Source: a virus
Lineage: Duplodnaviria > Caudoviricetes
Reading direction: 5' to 3' (one strand)
DNA: 64,000 bases
IMG/VR virus record: IMGVR_UViG_2522572155_000001
Location: 64,001-128,000 of that record
Shown here: one piece after another, positions 23,756-35,000 of the stretch
How the letters are laid out: the number at the start of each line of letters is the position of its first letter
Position numbering within the stretch: the first letter of the stretch is position 1
Translations under genes and position numbers: made by a program
Notes under the pieces: generated by a model
What the model was told of the DNA's origin: nothing
What the model saw: only the letters and a program-made list of their open reading frames with translations
The model's database searches: none

Positions 23756-24091
23756 ATGGACCTAGCTGCCTATCAACGCTGCCGTTCGCGTGCTCCGTGG
23801 GTTCCCGTGCACGTCCCGTCGCAGACTGACCCTGACATTCGGTACACGGTCTTGGTCTGCCCATTCGGGACCACTGACGAGAACATCTGCGAGTGCACCG
23901 GTTACGAGTATCGCGGCGCGTGCAACCACCAGGTCATCGCCATGCAGTTGTGGTGCGGGTGGACCGAGATGGGGATTCAGGCGCATCAGCAGACGAGGGC
24001 ACAGCGGGCCACGATGGTCTGCCCCTCCTGCGGTGAAGACACGGAATGGGCCTTACGGCCCCTGAGGGAGGATGACCAGCTTGACGCTTGA
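23756..24091 (+). CDS. SWIM zinc-finger protein
   Basis: CECTGYEYRGACNH plus CPSC. Confidence 0.7.
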   Translation: MDLAAYQRCRSRAPWVPVHVPSQTDPDIRYTVLVCPFGTTDENICECTGYEYRGACNHQVIAMQLWCGWTEMGIQAHQQTRAQRATMVCPSCGEDTEWALRPLREDDQLDA

Positions 24092-24662
24092 CGAATCGAC
24101 CGCTGCCCTGGGCAGGGCCTATGAGGGATGGAAGCTCCACGAGAAGGCCAAGAACACCCGGAGGGACGAGTTCTTCGAGCGCATGACCGACCTCGCGGCC
24201 GAGAGCGGCCTGGCCGAGGTACTGGTCGAAACGGTGGCAGCCAACGGCGTCGAGGCGACGGACCGCCTGGAGAAGTACCACCCTCGTCACAAGGTGGACG
24301 CCATCCGCGTGGGGCTCCCGGCAGGAAGGGACGGCTACGAGTACGAGGCGATCCTGATTGAGCGCCCCGAGTTCAAGCCCATGAGCTACGTGAACGCGGA
24401 GGACGGCACGGTCTACACCAAGCAGGTGCAGGACGGGCCATTTCTCGTGGATGATGAGCGCCTGGCCAAGGAGAACGTGCTCCTGTACGAGCAGTTGGTC
24501 TTCGAGTTCCCCTGGGGCGGCACCACGCTGCGCCCGCTCGACTCGCTGCACGCGGACAACCTCGCGGCCCTCCAGCCCTACATCTACCGAGGCAAGCCCG
24601 TCGTGAAGCTCGCGGCCCCGCGCGAGGCCACGGAGGAAGAGCTTGCCGCCCTCGCTGACTGA
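24072..24662 (+). CDS. Hypothetical protein
   Basis: 196 aa; SD GGAGG. Confidence 0.65.
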   Translation: MTSLTLDESTAALGRAYEGWKLHEKAKNTRRDEFFERMTDLAAESGLAEVLVETVAANGVEATDRLEKYHPRHKVDAIRVGLPAGRDGYEYEAILIERPEFKPMSYVNAEDGTVYTKQVQDGPFLVDDERLAKENVLLYEQLVFEFPWGGTTLRPLDSLHADNLAALQPYIYRGKPVVKLAAPREATEEELAALAD

Positions 24663-24912
24663 GGGCTTCGTCTTCACCGTCACCGACCTCGGCCTCTTCC
24701 TGGGCAAGAGCGCCGTCACCCTCCGGGGCTGGGACCGACAGGGTCTGGTGACGATCCCGCGTGACCCCTCCGGCGACCGCAAGATGTCGGCGGGGCAGGT
24801 GCGAGAGATCGCGCACGCCGCATATGACCTCGGCCGCATCTCCTGCGACCGGCTGAAGCTCGTCCTGGCGAGCCTCACGCTGCTCGAACTACTAGAGAAG
24901 GATAAGACTTGA
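24643..24912 (+). CDS. MerR-like HTH DNA-binding protein
   Basis: FTVTDLGLFLGKSAVTLRGWDRQGLV...RDPSGDRK; TTG start with GGAGG. Confidence 0.75.
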   Translation: MPPSLTEGFVFTVTDLGLFLGKSAVTLRGWDRQGLVTIPRDPSGDRKMSAGQVREIAHAAYDLGRISCDRLKLVLASLTLLELLEKDKT

Positions 24913-25475
24913 AGATTGGACTTGTGGGGCCGCCGGGCTCCGGCAAGACACGTCTGGCGCAGGCGCTGGCCAACGCGCTCGATACTGACGACCGGACAGT
25001 GGGCGTCATTGACGAGTACGCAGAGGGGTACTCGACTACCTCTGACTTTGCCATCGGAGAAGATGCCACGTACATCGTCAACCTCGGCATCGCGCTCTCG
25101 CGGTTGCAGTCCGAACGCCGCATGGGAGACGACTTCATCGTCTGCGGGACGATGGCGGACACGGCGACATACATGGCGTGCGAAGCCACGCTGTTCCCTG
25201 ACGAGCCCGGCTGGCAGCGCCGTCACCTGGCTTCGCTCGCACTCGCGGGGTGCATGGTCAACGACCTCGTGACATACGACTTCACGTTCTACCTGCCGCT
25301 GCCGGAGCACACGCAGACGTTCGGGATCGGCTTCGATGAGGAAGTGCGCAGCAATCTTCCCGTCTCGCTGAGGCTCTTCGACATCCCGCACATCACGCTC
25401 GACCGCCCGTCCTTCGAGGAGAACCTTGCTCACGCTCTCAACGTCATCCATGAATCTGCCCCGCCTGCGGAGTGA
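24909..25475 (+). CDS. P-loop NTPase/nucleotide kinase-like protein
   Basis: MKIGLVGPPGSGKT...YDFTFYLP. Confidence 0.75.
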   Translation: MKIGLVGPPGSGKTRLAQALANALDTDDRTVGVIDEYAEGYSTTSDFAIGEDATYIVNLGIALSRLQSERRMGDDFIVCGTMADTATYMACEATLFPDEPGWQRRHLASLALAGCMVNDLVTYDFTFYLPLPEHTQTFGIGFDEEVRSNLPVSLRLFDIPHITLDRPSFEENLAHALNVIHESAPPAE

Positions 25476-26277
25476 CGCCGAGTACGACCGCGCCGTAGAG
25501 CTAGCGCGGATGTCGGGCGTCCCCCTCTCGCGCTGTCCCACGTGCGGGTCGAACCCGGAGAAGGTCCGTGTCGCATACGCAGACGGCACGGCCGAGGCTG
25601 AGGGTCGCGAATACGGGACCTACAAGTACATGGGGGAGGTGTACGAGTGCGACTGCGAGACGCAGATTCAGCTTCGCAAGCACTACCTCCTCGCAGGTAT
25701 CGGGGAGCAGTATATGCGCCTGGACTGGGCCGACTACCGCAACGACGCGGTGAAAAGGGACGTTGAACTCTACCTGGGGAAGTGGGATGCCATTCGCCGG
25801 AATGGGATGGGCATCGAGTTCGGCGGCGAGGCCCTGGGAGTAGGCAAGACATTCGCCGCTACCTACGTCGCGAAGGAACTCATCAAGAAGGGGGTGCAGG
25901 TGCTGTTCGTGCCCTTCCTGGAATTCCTCTCGACCGTTATCCGCGATGACGACGAGTCCAGGGAGCGCATGGAGCGCATGCGTCGCGTGACCGTCCTTGT
26001 GGTGGATGAGCTTCGTCCGCCGCGCACTGAGAGGCAGGCGTGGTTCGGGGACCGCTTCGAAGAGCTTGTGCGGCATAGGACGAACTTCAACCTGCCGATT
26101 ATCACTACTACGAACCTAACCGAGGATGAGCTTCGGACGCACTACCCCCGCGTCTACTCGCTCATGAGTGCGAAGCACATCCGTCTTGACCTGACGGGTC
26201 AAGACGCGCGCATGTCGTGGATCGCGGCTCAGAACCTAGACCTCGTGCTGAACGACGAAGTAAGGCCGATCACTTGA
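25450..26277 (+). CDS. DnaC/IstB-like helicase loader
   Basis: Zn ligands CPTC...CDC, GVGKT, VLVVDEL, PIITTTNL; start ATG 25450. Confidence 0.85.
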   Translation: MNLPRLRSDAEYDRAVELARMSGVPLSRCPTCGSNPEKVRVAYADGTAEAEGREYGTYKYMGEVYECDCETQIQLRKHYLLAGIGEQYMRLDWADYRNDAVKRDVELYLGKWDAIRRNGMGIEFGGEALGVGKTFAATYVAKELIKKGVQVLFVPFLEFLSTVIRDDDESRERMERMRRVTVLVVDELRPPRTERQAWFGDRFEELVRHRTNFNLPIITTTNLTEDELRTHYPRVYSLMSAKHIRLDLTGQDARMSWIAAQNLDLVLNDEVRPIT

Positions 26278-27524
26278 CTGAACAGACCATCTACGAGCTA
26301 GACATCGATCTAGACCTCATCAACCACCTCGCCTACCCGGACTCGGTAGGCAAGCTCCAGGCTGAGCAGGTGAAGGCGGCGGTCATCTTCGATCCGCTCG
26401 CGAAGAGGGTCTTCAAGTGGCAGATGCAGCACGTTCGCGATTACGGCGAGGCTGCTACTCCGTCCGTTCTCGAAGACGAGTTCGCGGACATCACGCTGGA
26501 CACGCCGGAGACGCAGATCAACGATCTCATCCTGCGCCTGCGGACTCGCTACCTCCGGTCGGAGGGCAAGAAGGCTATCCGTGAGATTTCCGAGCTTGCG
26601 ATCACCGAGCCTATGGAAGTCGCTCGCGCGATGTCTCAGAAGTCGCGCGAGCTTCTTGACCTCACCGTGCAACGAGGCGAGGTCTACGGCCGCTACGACT
26701 TTCCGCGCGCTCGCCAGGAGTATGACAAGGCAGTCCTGCGTGGCAAGGGGCCGTCCCTGGGCTACGACGAGCTTGACGATCACTTTCACGGCCAGGTAGG
26801 CGTGACATTCCTCATCGCGCCGCCGAAGACTTACAAGTCGTGGGTGACGATCAACACCGTGCTGGCGAACGTAGAGAAGGGCTTCAACCCGTACCTCTAC
26901 TCGCTGGAGCTACCGTCGCTGGAGTCCTACTGGCGTCTCGCGTGCATGGCGGCCGACGTGCCGTACTGGAAGTACCTCAAGCGTAGCCTCATGCCCGATG
27001 AGCTACGGAAGGTAGAGAGCGCCGCCAAGACCCTGGACGAGATGGGCAACTTCCGCATGGACAAGCCCAACCAGGGCTCGCGCTCGGTCGCTCAGCTAGT
27101 AGACAAGGCACTTGATTCCGGCGCTGACTGCATCATCGTAGATCAGCTTCAGTACATCGAGAATCGCAAGGGTAACTCGATCGGGGCACAGAACTCGACG
27201 GCGGACTACTTCGAGGTAGTGAACGACCTCCGGAATTGGTCAGACCTCATCCCGGTCTTCGTGGTCCACCAGTTCAACCGTTCCGTGATGAGCGCGACGG
27301 CGATGCCGGAGATGCAGCAGGCGAAGGGCTCATCTGCGATCGAGGAGGTAGCAACGCTCTCCCTCGGTCTATGGGCAAACAAGGACATGCGGCGCTCGAA
27401 CGTAGTGGAGCTAGGCACGCTCGCGTCGCGCAACTACGGACACGCCTCATGGGAACTCGGCGTCCAGCTTTCACGCGGATGCCGCATTGAGATGAAGGGC
27501 GAGATCGAGGACGTGGACGAGTAA
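26274..27524 (+). CDS. DnaB-like replicative helicase
   Basis: APPKTYKS, YSLE, IIVDQLQ, HQFNR, SSAIEE; probable TTG start 26274. Confidence 0.88.
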   Translation: MTEQTIYELDIDLDLINHLAYPDSVGKLQAEQVKAAVIFDPLAKRVFKWQMQHVRDYGEAATPSVLEDEFADITLDTPETQINDLILRLRTRYLRSEGKKAIREISELAITEPMEVARAMSQKSRELLDLTVQRGEVYGRYDFPRARQEYDKAVLRGKGPSLGYDELDDHFHGQVGVTFLIAPPKTYKSWVTINTVLANVEKGFNPYLYSLELPSLESYWRLACMAADVPYWKYLKRSLMPDELRKVESAAKTLDEMGNFRMDKPNQGSRSVAQLVDKALDSGADCIIVDQLQYIENRKGNSIGAQNSTADYFEVVNDLRNWSDLIPVFVVHQFNRSVMSATAMPEMQQAKGSSAIEEVATLSLGLWANKDMRRSNVVELGTLASRNYGHASWELGVQLSRGCRIEMKGEIEDVDE

Positions 27525-28405
27525 TGTACCGCGCAGAGGTAATCGCAGATTCGATGTCGCCCGATGGCGTGCGACTAACCACCCTTGAGGTGGAGTACCC
27601 GCACGCCATCCACAAGGACATCATGACGCACCGGATGTTCTCCCGTAGCTTCAAGTCCTTTCGTGCCTTCCCGCCGGAGAAGGTGATCGCGAACATCGAG
27701 GACGATCCGTTTATCCCCGAGACGTTCGATAGCCGCGTGACAGGCATGGGGCAGGGGCAGGCACTGCCTGAAGAGCAGGAACTGCGCGCACGCGAACTGT
27801 GGGAAGAACACATCGACCACACGCTCAACGTCGCGGACCAGATGATCGAGTTGGAGATCGCGAAGGCGCAGGTGAACTTCCTGCTCCAGGATTTGACGTG
27901 GATCACAGGCATCATCACGGCCACCGAATGGGACAACTTCTACGCACTCCGGCGCGCAGAGAACGCACGTCCCGAGGTGCAGAAGATCGCCAACCTGATG
28001 TACGACGCGATGTACCCGGCGGACCCCGATTACCTCGCGCTCGGGGAGCCCCACCTGCCGTACATCCGGCTCGAAGACCGGATGGACGTAGGGGACAACT
28101 TCCAGGTGCTGGCCAAGGTATCAGCCGGGCGGTGCGCTCGCGTTTCGTACCTGAATCACCGTGGCCACCGCGATCTCAACGCCGACGTACACCTCGCCAA
28201 TCAGCTTGAGAGTGACGGGCATATGTCCCCGTTCGAACACGTCGCGACACCGGTTGCGCTGACCGGCCCGAAGTGGATCAAGCACGTCTACCACACCGGA
28301 CAGGTGTTCACCCTTCCGGGGCAGGAGTGGCGGGGCAATTTCTACGGGTGGCTCCAGTACCGAAAGACCATCCGCGACGAGCACAACTACGAGCTAGCGG
28401 CATGA
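27524..28405 (+). CDS. thyX: ThyX-like flavin-dependent thymidylate synthase
   Basis: THRMFSRSFKSFRA, RCARVSY, GHMSPFEH. Confidence 0.8.
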   Translation: MYRAEVIADSMSPDGVRLTTLEVEYPHAIHKDIMTHRMFSRSFKSFRAFPPEKVIANIEDDPFIPETFDSRVTGMGQGQALPEEQELRARELWEEHIDHTLNVADQMIELEIAKAQVNFLLQDLTWITGIITATEWDNFYALRRAENARPEVQKIANLMYDAMYPADPDYLALGEPHLPYIRLEDRMDVGDNFQVLAKVSAGRCARVSYLNHRGHRDLNADVHLANQLESDGHMSPFEHVATPVALTGPKWIKHVYHTGQVFTLPGQEWRGNFYGWLQYRKTIRDEHNYELAA

Positions 28406-28527
28406 CTCGGCTCGAAGCGCTGAAGAACTTGCGGTACCAGATGCAGATGCACCCTGACCCCGTCGTGGTCTGGTGGGGAACGTTCATGGTGGGCAAGCTC
28501 GTAGCGCTCGCGGAGCGCCTGACGTGA
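28402..28527 (+). CDS. Small hypothetical protein
   Basis: 41 aa with ATGA/GTGA overlaps on both sides. Confidence 0.55.
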   Translation: MTRLEALKNLRYQMQMHPDPVVVWWGTFMVGKLVALAERLT

Positions 28528-29630
28528 CGAAGCGCGTTCATCGCTACAAGGACTTCGCGAGCCGGATTGACGTAGAGGAAGTCATCCTCGCGCTTGGGAT
28601 CCTGGAGGAGCGCGAGGAGGGTAGGAATAAGCATGGCGAGCCCGAGTACGTCGGGCAGTGCCCTGACCCATGGAGTCTCCATAGCAACGGGGACACCACG
28701 GGCAAGTTCGCCCTGAACCCTGGGCGCAAGGTCTACAACTGCTGGGTCTGCGGGGGAGGGTCACTGCTCTCACTCACGATGGCCATGCTCGACCTCGACC
28801 CCGACGAAGCGACGGACTGGCTCATCCAGTACGCCGACGAGAACAGAGAAGTGTCCGATGAGCGGTTCCTGGACGAGATCGACAGCCTCCTCGCGCAGTT
28901 GACTCCGAGTAGGAAGCAGGATGAGACCCTTCCCTACTACAACGCCAACATCCTCCGCAAGTGGGAGGACCAGGGGCGTGGCCTGGAGGACTGGAACCTC
29001 GGGGTACTCGACGGGAAGCCGAGGAACATCGCCAGGGACGCGCTGCGGGCCGCGCATGTGTGCTACGCGCCGAGCGCGATCAAGCATCCTCCGCGAGACT
29101 CGAAGACCGGCGTGCCGCTGGACGACCTCTACGAAGGTCCGTGCGTCATCTTCCCGCACTACGTCGGGGAGCGGCTCGTGGGGTGGCAACACCGCTGGCT
29201 GGAGGACGACCGGCCGAAGTGGTGCTCGAAGTACACCAACACGCCGGACTTCCCGAAGCGCACGACCCTCTACAAGCCGCGTGGAGGCCCCTCTGGGCCG
29301 CTCCCCGTGGTCATCGTGGAGTCCGTACCGACCGCCATCTTCCTGGCCGGAATCGGCTGGCCCGCCGTGGCGACTTTCGGGGGCACCGTGACGACGGAGC
29401 AGTTGAAGCTCCTCCGTCGCTACCAGCAGGGCGTGATCCTCGCACCCGACAACGACGGCGCCGGGCTGCGCTCGTGCGTCGCTACGGCGGACTACCTGGA
29501 CGGCTTCATCCCGCTCTCGGTGGTCCTACCCGAATGGGACACCGGGGAGAAGTGGGACCTCCTGGACCGCTTCAACGAGAACGGTGAGGACATCGACTCC
29601 CTGCTGCGCGCAGCGGAACGAATTTCCTAG
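28524..29630 (+). CDS. DNA primase (Zn finger + TOPRIM)
   Basis: CPDPWSLH...YNCWVC, KYTNTP, VIVES, APDNDGAG. Confidence 0.9.
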   Translation: MTKRVHRYKDFASRIDVEEVILALGILEEREEGRNKHGEPEYVGQCPDPWSLHSNGDTTGKFALNPGRKVYNCWVCGGGSLLSLTMAMLDLDPDEATDWLIQYADENREVSDERFLDEIDSLLAQLTPSRKQDETLPYYNANILRKWEDQGRGLEDWNLGVLDGKPRNIARDALRAAHVCYAPSAIKHPPRDSKTGVPLDDLYEGPCVIFPHYVGERLVGWQHRWLEDDRPKWCSKYTNTPDFPKRTTLYKPRGGPSGPLPVVIVESVPTAIFLAGIGWPAVATFGGTVTTEQLKLLRRYQQGVILAPDNDGAGLRSCVATADYLDGFIPLSVVLPEWDTGEKWDLLDRFNENGEDIDSLLRAAERIS

Positions 29631-29658
29631 TTCTTCCGCACACGTAACTGGAAGACAG

Positions 29659-29817
29659 ATGCGTAAGTACACCGGCACCGAGAAGACCGAAGTCCTCACC
29701 CCTGACGAGCATCGCCAGGCGGGTGACGCCCTTCGCGAGATGGGCAAGACTTCCGCTCGTGACCTTACCGAGGCCGAACGCCTCCGGTTCATTCAGGTCA
29801 CGAGCAAGGTCAAGTAG
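29659..29817 (+). CDS. Small hypothetical protein
   Basis: 52 aa from ATG 29659. Confidence 0.5.
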   Translation: MRKYTGTEKTEVLTPDEHRQAGDALREMGKTSARDLTEAERLRFIQVTSKVK

Positions 29818-29905
29818 GCACTGGCCGACTACGTAAGTCACGGGCTGCAAGTACCTCTTCCGAGGTCCAAGCCTTAGAAATCACCAGAGTAAAGGAGCAG
29901 TATCC

Positions 29906-30898
29906 ATGCCTAACTTTAGGCGCGGCGCAGCGGCCATCGAGCAGGCCGCCACTTCGAAGGCCGGAGGCAACTTCCGCGCATTCGTGCCCGAGATTCAGTG
30001 GCGCGAGGACAAGGAGGAGAAGCACGTCCTGTTCCTGACGGCGGTGGAGGAGATCCCGACCATCCAGTACCACGACTGGATCCCGGTAGGCACTGGCGAG
30101 AAGGCAAACGGCGAGACCTACACTCGCTATGAGAAGTTCATCTCTCGTAAGGACCCCGCTATTGGCGAGTCCTATGACGAGCTTGAGGACCGACTAGGCG
30201 TCAAGCCGAAGACGCGGCAGATTGCCGTCGCCGTCGAGCTTGAGCCGATCACCGAGATGGTCAAGGGCCGCACGAAGGCAGTCGGCTTCTCCGTGGCAAC
30301 CGATACCTACACCCGCAAGACGGATAACGGTGAGGTAGAGGTGACGCAGCCGAAGGTCGGGCTCGTGGTCCAGGCCGCGCAGAACTTCTTTGGCTGGCTG
30401 TCCTCCTATGACGCCTCGCGGGGTCCGATCGAGGAAACCCCGATGCAGATCGTCCGTCGCGGCAAGAACGCCGACACGGCGTATGACTTCATCGCACTGG
30501 AAAACCTCCCGGTCGATCTGTCCGCGCTCGTCAACCACATCGACGGCGTCTCCTACCTGGGCAACGCCGAGGAGATCACCGCCTTTGTCAGCAAGCTTCC
30601 CGAGGACGACGGCGAGGCGGCCTCGGTCATTGCAGCGGCCCTGCTCGACAAGCGCCTTGAGGAGCTTGCGGACAAGGAGCGTTACGACGAGCTTGTGAAT
30701 CCGATCGAGGAGATCACGCAGAAGTTCGGCGGGGGCAGCAAGAAGGCGGCTCCGCGCGAGCGCCCGCAGCGGGCATCTCGTCGCGTGAGCGCTCCGGCGT
30801 CCGAGGCACCCGAGGCGTCCGAGACGGCCGAGGCTCCCGAGGAGACTAACGCAGAGCGCTTCGCCCGCCTGAAGGACAAGATCGCGCAGCCCGCCTAA
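29906..30898 (+). CDS. Putative single-stranded DNA-binding protein
   Basis: 330 aa; strong SD AAGGAG; IVRRGKNADTAYDF resembles gp32-like SSBs; flexible charged tail; replication context. Confidence 0.55.
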   Translation: MPNFRRGAAAIEQAATSKAGGNFRAFVPEIQWREDKEEKHVLFLTAVEEIPTIQYHDWIPVGTGEKANGETYTRYEKFISRKDPAIGESYDELEDRLGVKPKTRQIAVAVELEPITEMVKGRTKAVGFSVATDTYTRKTDNGEVEVTQPKVGLVVQAAQNFFGWLSSYDASRGPIEETPMQIVRRGKNADTAYDFIALENLPVDLSALVNHIDGVSYLGNAEEITAFVSKLPEDDGEAASVIAAALLDKRLEELADKERYDELVNPIEEITQKFGGGSKKAAPRERPQRASRRVSAPASEAPEASETAEAPEETNAERFARLKDKIAQPA

Positions 30899-30902
30899 TT
30901 CG

Positions 30903-31139
30903 ATGCGAGTCTCTGATGAGGCCATCGAGTACGCCACGCAGCGCGTAGAGGCACTGATGAGGGTCAACTTCACCCGCCCGAAAGGCGAGCGTAGCGAAAC
31001 CCTGGAGACAGTGTGGGAGGGGGTCGGCGTGACGAACGTCGACCTCCTGTACCAGCGCGCGGGGGAGATCAGCGAGCACGCCGGTCCCTTCCTTACAGGC
31101 GTTCTCTTTGGCCTCTTCGTGAGGCAATTCGACTACTGA
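30903..31139 (+). CDS. Hypothetical protein
   Basis: 78 aa, coupled to RNase H start. Confidence 0.6.
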   Translation: MRVSDEAIEYATQRVEALMRVNFTRPKGERSETLETVWEGVGVTNVDLLYQRAGEISEHAGPFLTGVLFGLFVRQFDY

Positions 31140-31564
31140 TGCTCGACACATCTGAGGGCGTGGCCCTCTACACGGACGGATCCTCGAACTACAAGGATAA
31201 GTCCGGCGGGTGGGCGTACGTTGCCGCCGACGCCTTCGGTAACCAGACCGAAGGTTGGGGCGCCGAGACGGACGCGACCAATAACCGCATGGAGATGACG
31301 GCCGTCATTCGCGGACTCCTGCGTCTGGCGGCCGATTACGGCGAGTGCGAGGTGCTGGTGCGGTCCGACTCCCAATACGTGGTGCTCGGGTGTCAAGACC
31401 CGTCGCGCTCGCGCAAGAAGAACACGGACCTCTGGTGGCTGTTGGACACGGCGCTGCTCGGACACTCGTATGTGGAGTTCGAGCACGTGAAGGGTCACGA
31501 GGGAGAGCACTTCAACGAGCGCTGCGATGTCCTCGCAGGTGAAGCACGGAAGGGACAGCGATGA
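31139..31564 (+). CDS. rnhA: Ribonuclease HI
   Basis: YTDGS, TNNRMEM, SDSQYV, KNTDLW, HVKGH, NERCD. Confidence 0.95.
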   Translation: MLDTSEGVALYTDGSSNYKDKSGGWAYVAADAFGNQTEGWGAETDATNNRMEMTAVIRGLLRLAADYGECEVLVRSDSQYVVLGCQDPSRSRKKNTDLWWLLDTALLGHSYVEFEHVKGHEGEHFNERCDVLAGEARKGQR

Positions 31565-32058
31565 GTCTTCAGGAGATGACGGCGTACGCAGTTGATCTCG
31601 AACCGTACGAGCTAGCGCAGGCCGCCTACGTGGGTTGCCAGCGTCACATCGAGTCGGTCGCCAAGGGCCTGCCGGATCGCTACGGCGCGGAGAAGGGCGG
31701 CTGGAATCTACATATCGAAGGTGCTGCCGGTGAACTCGCGTTCGCGAAGTGCCTCAACGTGTACTGGAGCGGCAGCGTCAACACCTTCGGTGAAGGGGGC
31801 GACGTTGGCCAGATTCAGGTACGGACACGAAGCCGTCACGACTACGAGTTGATAATCCGCGAGAAGGACCGCGACGATGACGTGTTTGTCCTCGTCACGG
31901 GCGTCAGTCCGGAGTATGTCGTGGTGGGGTGGACATTTGGCGGGATCGCCAAGGCCCACGATGAGTGGCGTAAGACGCATGGAGGGCGCGCGGCTGCCTG
32001 GTTTGTGCCCCACGAGGCATTGCGTCCGGTTGACGAACTTTACGAGGTAGTTGCGTGA
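31561..32058 (+). CDS. Hypothetical protein, possible PD-(D/E)xK-like nuclease
   Basis: GAAGELAFA...GDV...IQVRT pattern. Confidence 0.55.
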   Translation: MSLQEMTAYAVDLEPYELAQAAYVGCQRHIESVAKGLPDRYGAEKGGWNLHIEGAAGELAFAKCLNVYWSGSVNTFGEGGDVGQIQVRTRSRHDYELIIREKDRDDDVFVLVTGVSPEYVVVGWTFGGIAKAHDEWRKTHGGRAAAWFVPHEALRPVDELYEVVA

Positions 32059-35000
32059 TCGCTCCACTGCATAACCACACGGAGTACTCCGCGCTGGACG
32101 GTCTGGCGACTCCTCTGGAGATCGCGCAGCGCTGCCAGTGCATCGGGTGCACCGCAGTCGGCATCACAGACCACGGCACCGTCGCCGGTCACCTGGAGTT
32201 CGACAAGGTGATGAGGGCGCACGACCTCAAGCCGATCTTCGGCGTGGAGCTTTACCACGGGCTGAAGTACGGCAACGTGGAGTGGGCGAAGAACGAGCGC
32301 GACAACGGGCACTTCATCGTCGGCGCCATGACCGACGAGGGACTGCGAAACGTCTGGCGCATGGTGGACGCAGCGTCACACCCAGACAACTACCGGTACG
32401 TCGGCCGCGTCACCTTCCCCATCCTACGCAAGTTCCGCGAGGGAGTCTTTGCGACTTCCGCGTGTATCGCCTCTCCCATCGGGCAGGCGATCATGAAGGA
32501 AAAGAACGACCCGTACGCTCTGCTCAACCAGTACCTCGAAGTCTTTGGGGACAACTTCTACATCGAGCTTCACACCTACCCGGGTGAAGAGCACGAGTAC
32601 CTGAACTCGTGCCTGGTGCAGATGGGGCAGGAGAAGGGCGTGCCGTTCGTATACGCCACGGATGCCCACTTCGCCTCGCCGGAGCAGTACGAGACACATG
32701 ATGCCTACGTGGCCATGACCTCTGGCGACTCGATCTATACATCGCCCGAGGACCGCAAGATGTGGCACCCGCAGGTGCTGTATATCCAGACCGAGGAGGA
32801 GATCCGGGCAAACCTCTCCTACCTCCCCGAGAGCGTCGTGGACGAGGCCATCGCCAACTCCGCGCTGATCGCAGAGAAGTGCAACGCGCGGCTACCGGGG
32901 GTCAAGCGTCACCTGGCGCCGTTCTTCCCGAGCGAGTGCCCGTGGCTCACGAAGGACGACAAGCGCCGGGAGATGTCGGCCGCCGAACTGTTCCTCGAAC
33001 TCGTGGCGGTGGGCATCACGGAGCGCTACGGGCTCGACAACGACGAGGCGTGGGATCGGGCCTATCGCGAGTGCGAGGTCTTCCTGAGCGCCGACACGGG
33101 GCTCACAGGCGGCCTGACGCACTACTTCCTCCAGGCGTGGGACATGTGCGAGTTCTGCAACGCGACGAACATCCAGCGTGGGCCGGGGCGAGGTTCGGCG
33201 GCAGGCTCCATCGTCGCCTACGCGCTCGGGATCACCGACGTTGACCCCCTGCACTACGGCCTCATCTTCGAGCGCTTCTGGAACGCCGGTCGAGCCAAGG
33301 GCTTCCCCGACATCGACCAGGACTTCCCCAAAGCCGATCGCAAGAAGGTACGCGACTACCTCAAGGATAGATGGGGGCACGATCGTGTGCGGACCATCGG
33401 CACGATCACCCGGCTGAAGCCGAAGGCCGCCTGCGACAAGACGTGGAAGGTCGCGGAGGTCACCTGGGAAGAGAAGGAGGCGCTGAAGAAGATCATCGAC
33501 GGCGTCCCCGACATCGACATCCTCGGCCCCGACTCCATCGGATGGGCGGCCGAGAGTGACCCCGGCAAGACGATCTACGTCATGCGCTCTGTGGGCCAGG
33601 AGATCATCGAGTGGGTTACCTCACTGGAGGACGACCGCCAGGGCGTCGTGCTCCGATGGATCGAGCTTGTCGAGGCCGCTTGCTCCCGCGTTTCGGGTTA
33701 CGGAGTACATCCGTCCGGCGTCGTCGTGTCCGATGTGGACCTCTGTGACGAGCTTCCGTGCATGTACAACCGCTCCCAGGAGGAACGCGTCACGTGCTTC
33801 CCGATGGGGGACGTGGACAAGCGGATGTTCGTCAAGCACGACTTGCTCGGACTCCGCAACCTGGACACCCTCTCGGACTGGGACGACCAGATCATCGCTG
33901 CATTCGAGGGTGCCGACGAGGAGACACGGCAGGACATCCTGAAGAAGATGACCGTGCTCCAGAGGCTGGAGAAGAAGCACGGCATCAGGTGGTCTGGCCT
34001 CGACAAGCTGACACACCCTATCGAGATGTGGCAGATGCTGTGGGCCAAGCTCTCCCGAGGTGTCTTCCAGATCGAGGACGGATACGCCGCGTGGCTGGCT
34101 CAGGAGCTTCGTCCCCAGTCAATTGAACACCTCTCCGCACTCGTCGCGCTGAACCGTCCAGGGCCGATCCGCTCGGGCGCCCCCGACTCATTCATCACAC
34201 GTAGTCGCGGAGGCGTAGACGACGAGTTCGACGGCCGCAACATCCCAATTCTCGCGGAGAACCTCGGGGGCACATACGGATGGTTCCTCTATCAGGAGCA
34301 GATCATTCGATTCTTCTCCGACCTGGGGTACGACCTCGGTGACGCCGACGCGGTGCGCAAGATGCTCGGCAAGAAGTCGCCCGAAGAGATGCAGCGCCTC
34401 ATCCACGGCGAGGGTGAATGGGAGGGCAAGGGCTACCTCGAAGTCGCGGGAAAGCTGCTGGGCGAAAGCCTCGCGAAGCAGATCATCAACATCATCGCGG
34501 ACTTCGCAAAGTACAGCTTCAACAAGGCTCACGCCGTGGCCTACGCGATCATCGCGTTCCGCACGCTATACGCGAAGTATTACTACCCCGCCGAGTTCAT
34601 CATGGCGTCTATCCGAACGATCGGTGACGACCCGAAGAAGGCAGCGAAGACGGCAGGGTTCATCGGTGAGGGGCGGCGCATGGGCATCGCGGTGCTCACG
34701 CCGGACGTACTCGAATCCGAGGCAGACATCGCCGTCAAGGGGTCACATATCTACTTCGGCCTGTCCAACGTCAAGGGCGTCGGCAAGGGAGCGGCGAGGT
34801 ACGTCCGCGAGTTGTCTCACCTGTATGACGTAACGACCCCCGAGGCACTGACCGACGCCCTGGAGGCCGAGGAGGGCGCGTGGAAGGAAGCGCGCGACGT
34901 GGCCAAGGAGAGCGGCACCTCCTTCAAGAAGAAGAGCCCCAAGCAGACGCTCCGCTCGAATCAGATCGCTGCTCTGTACCAGGCGGGCGCCTTCGACAAC

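Noticed and set aside
23934-25589. 551-aa minus-strand ORF and many other long antisense or alternate-frame ORFs
   Set aside because: Shadow ORFs of well-supported genes in high-GC DNA; no motifs or RBS.
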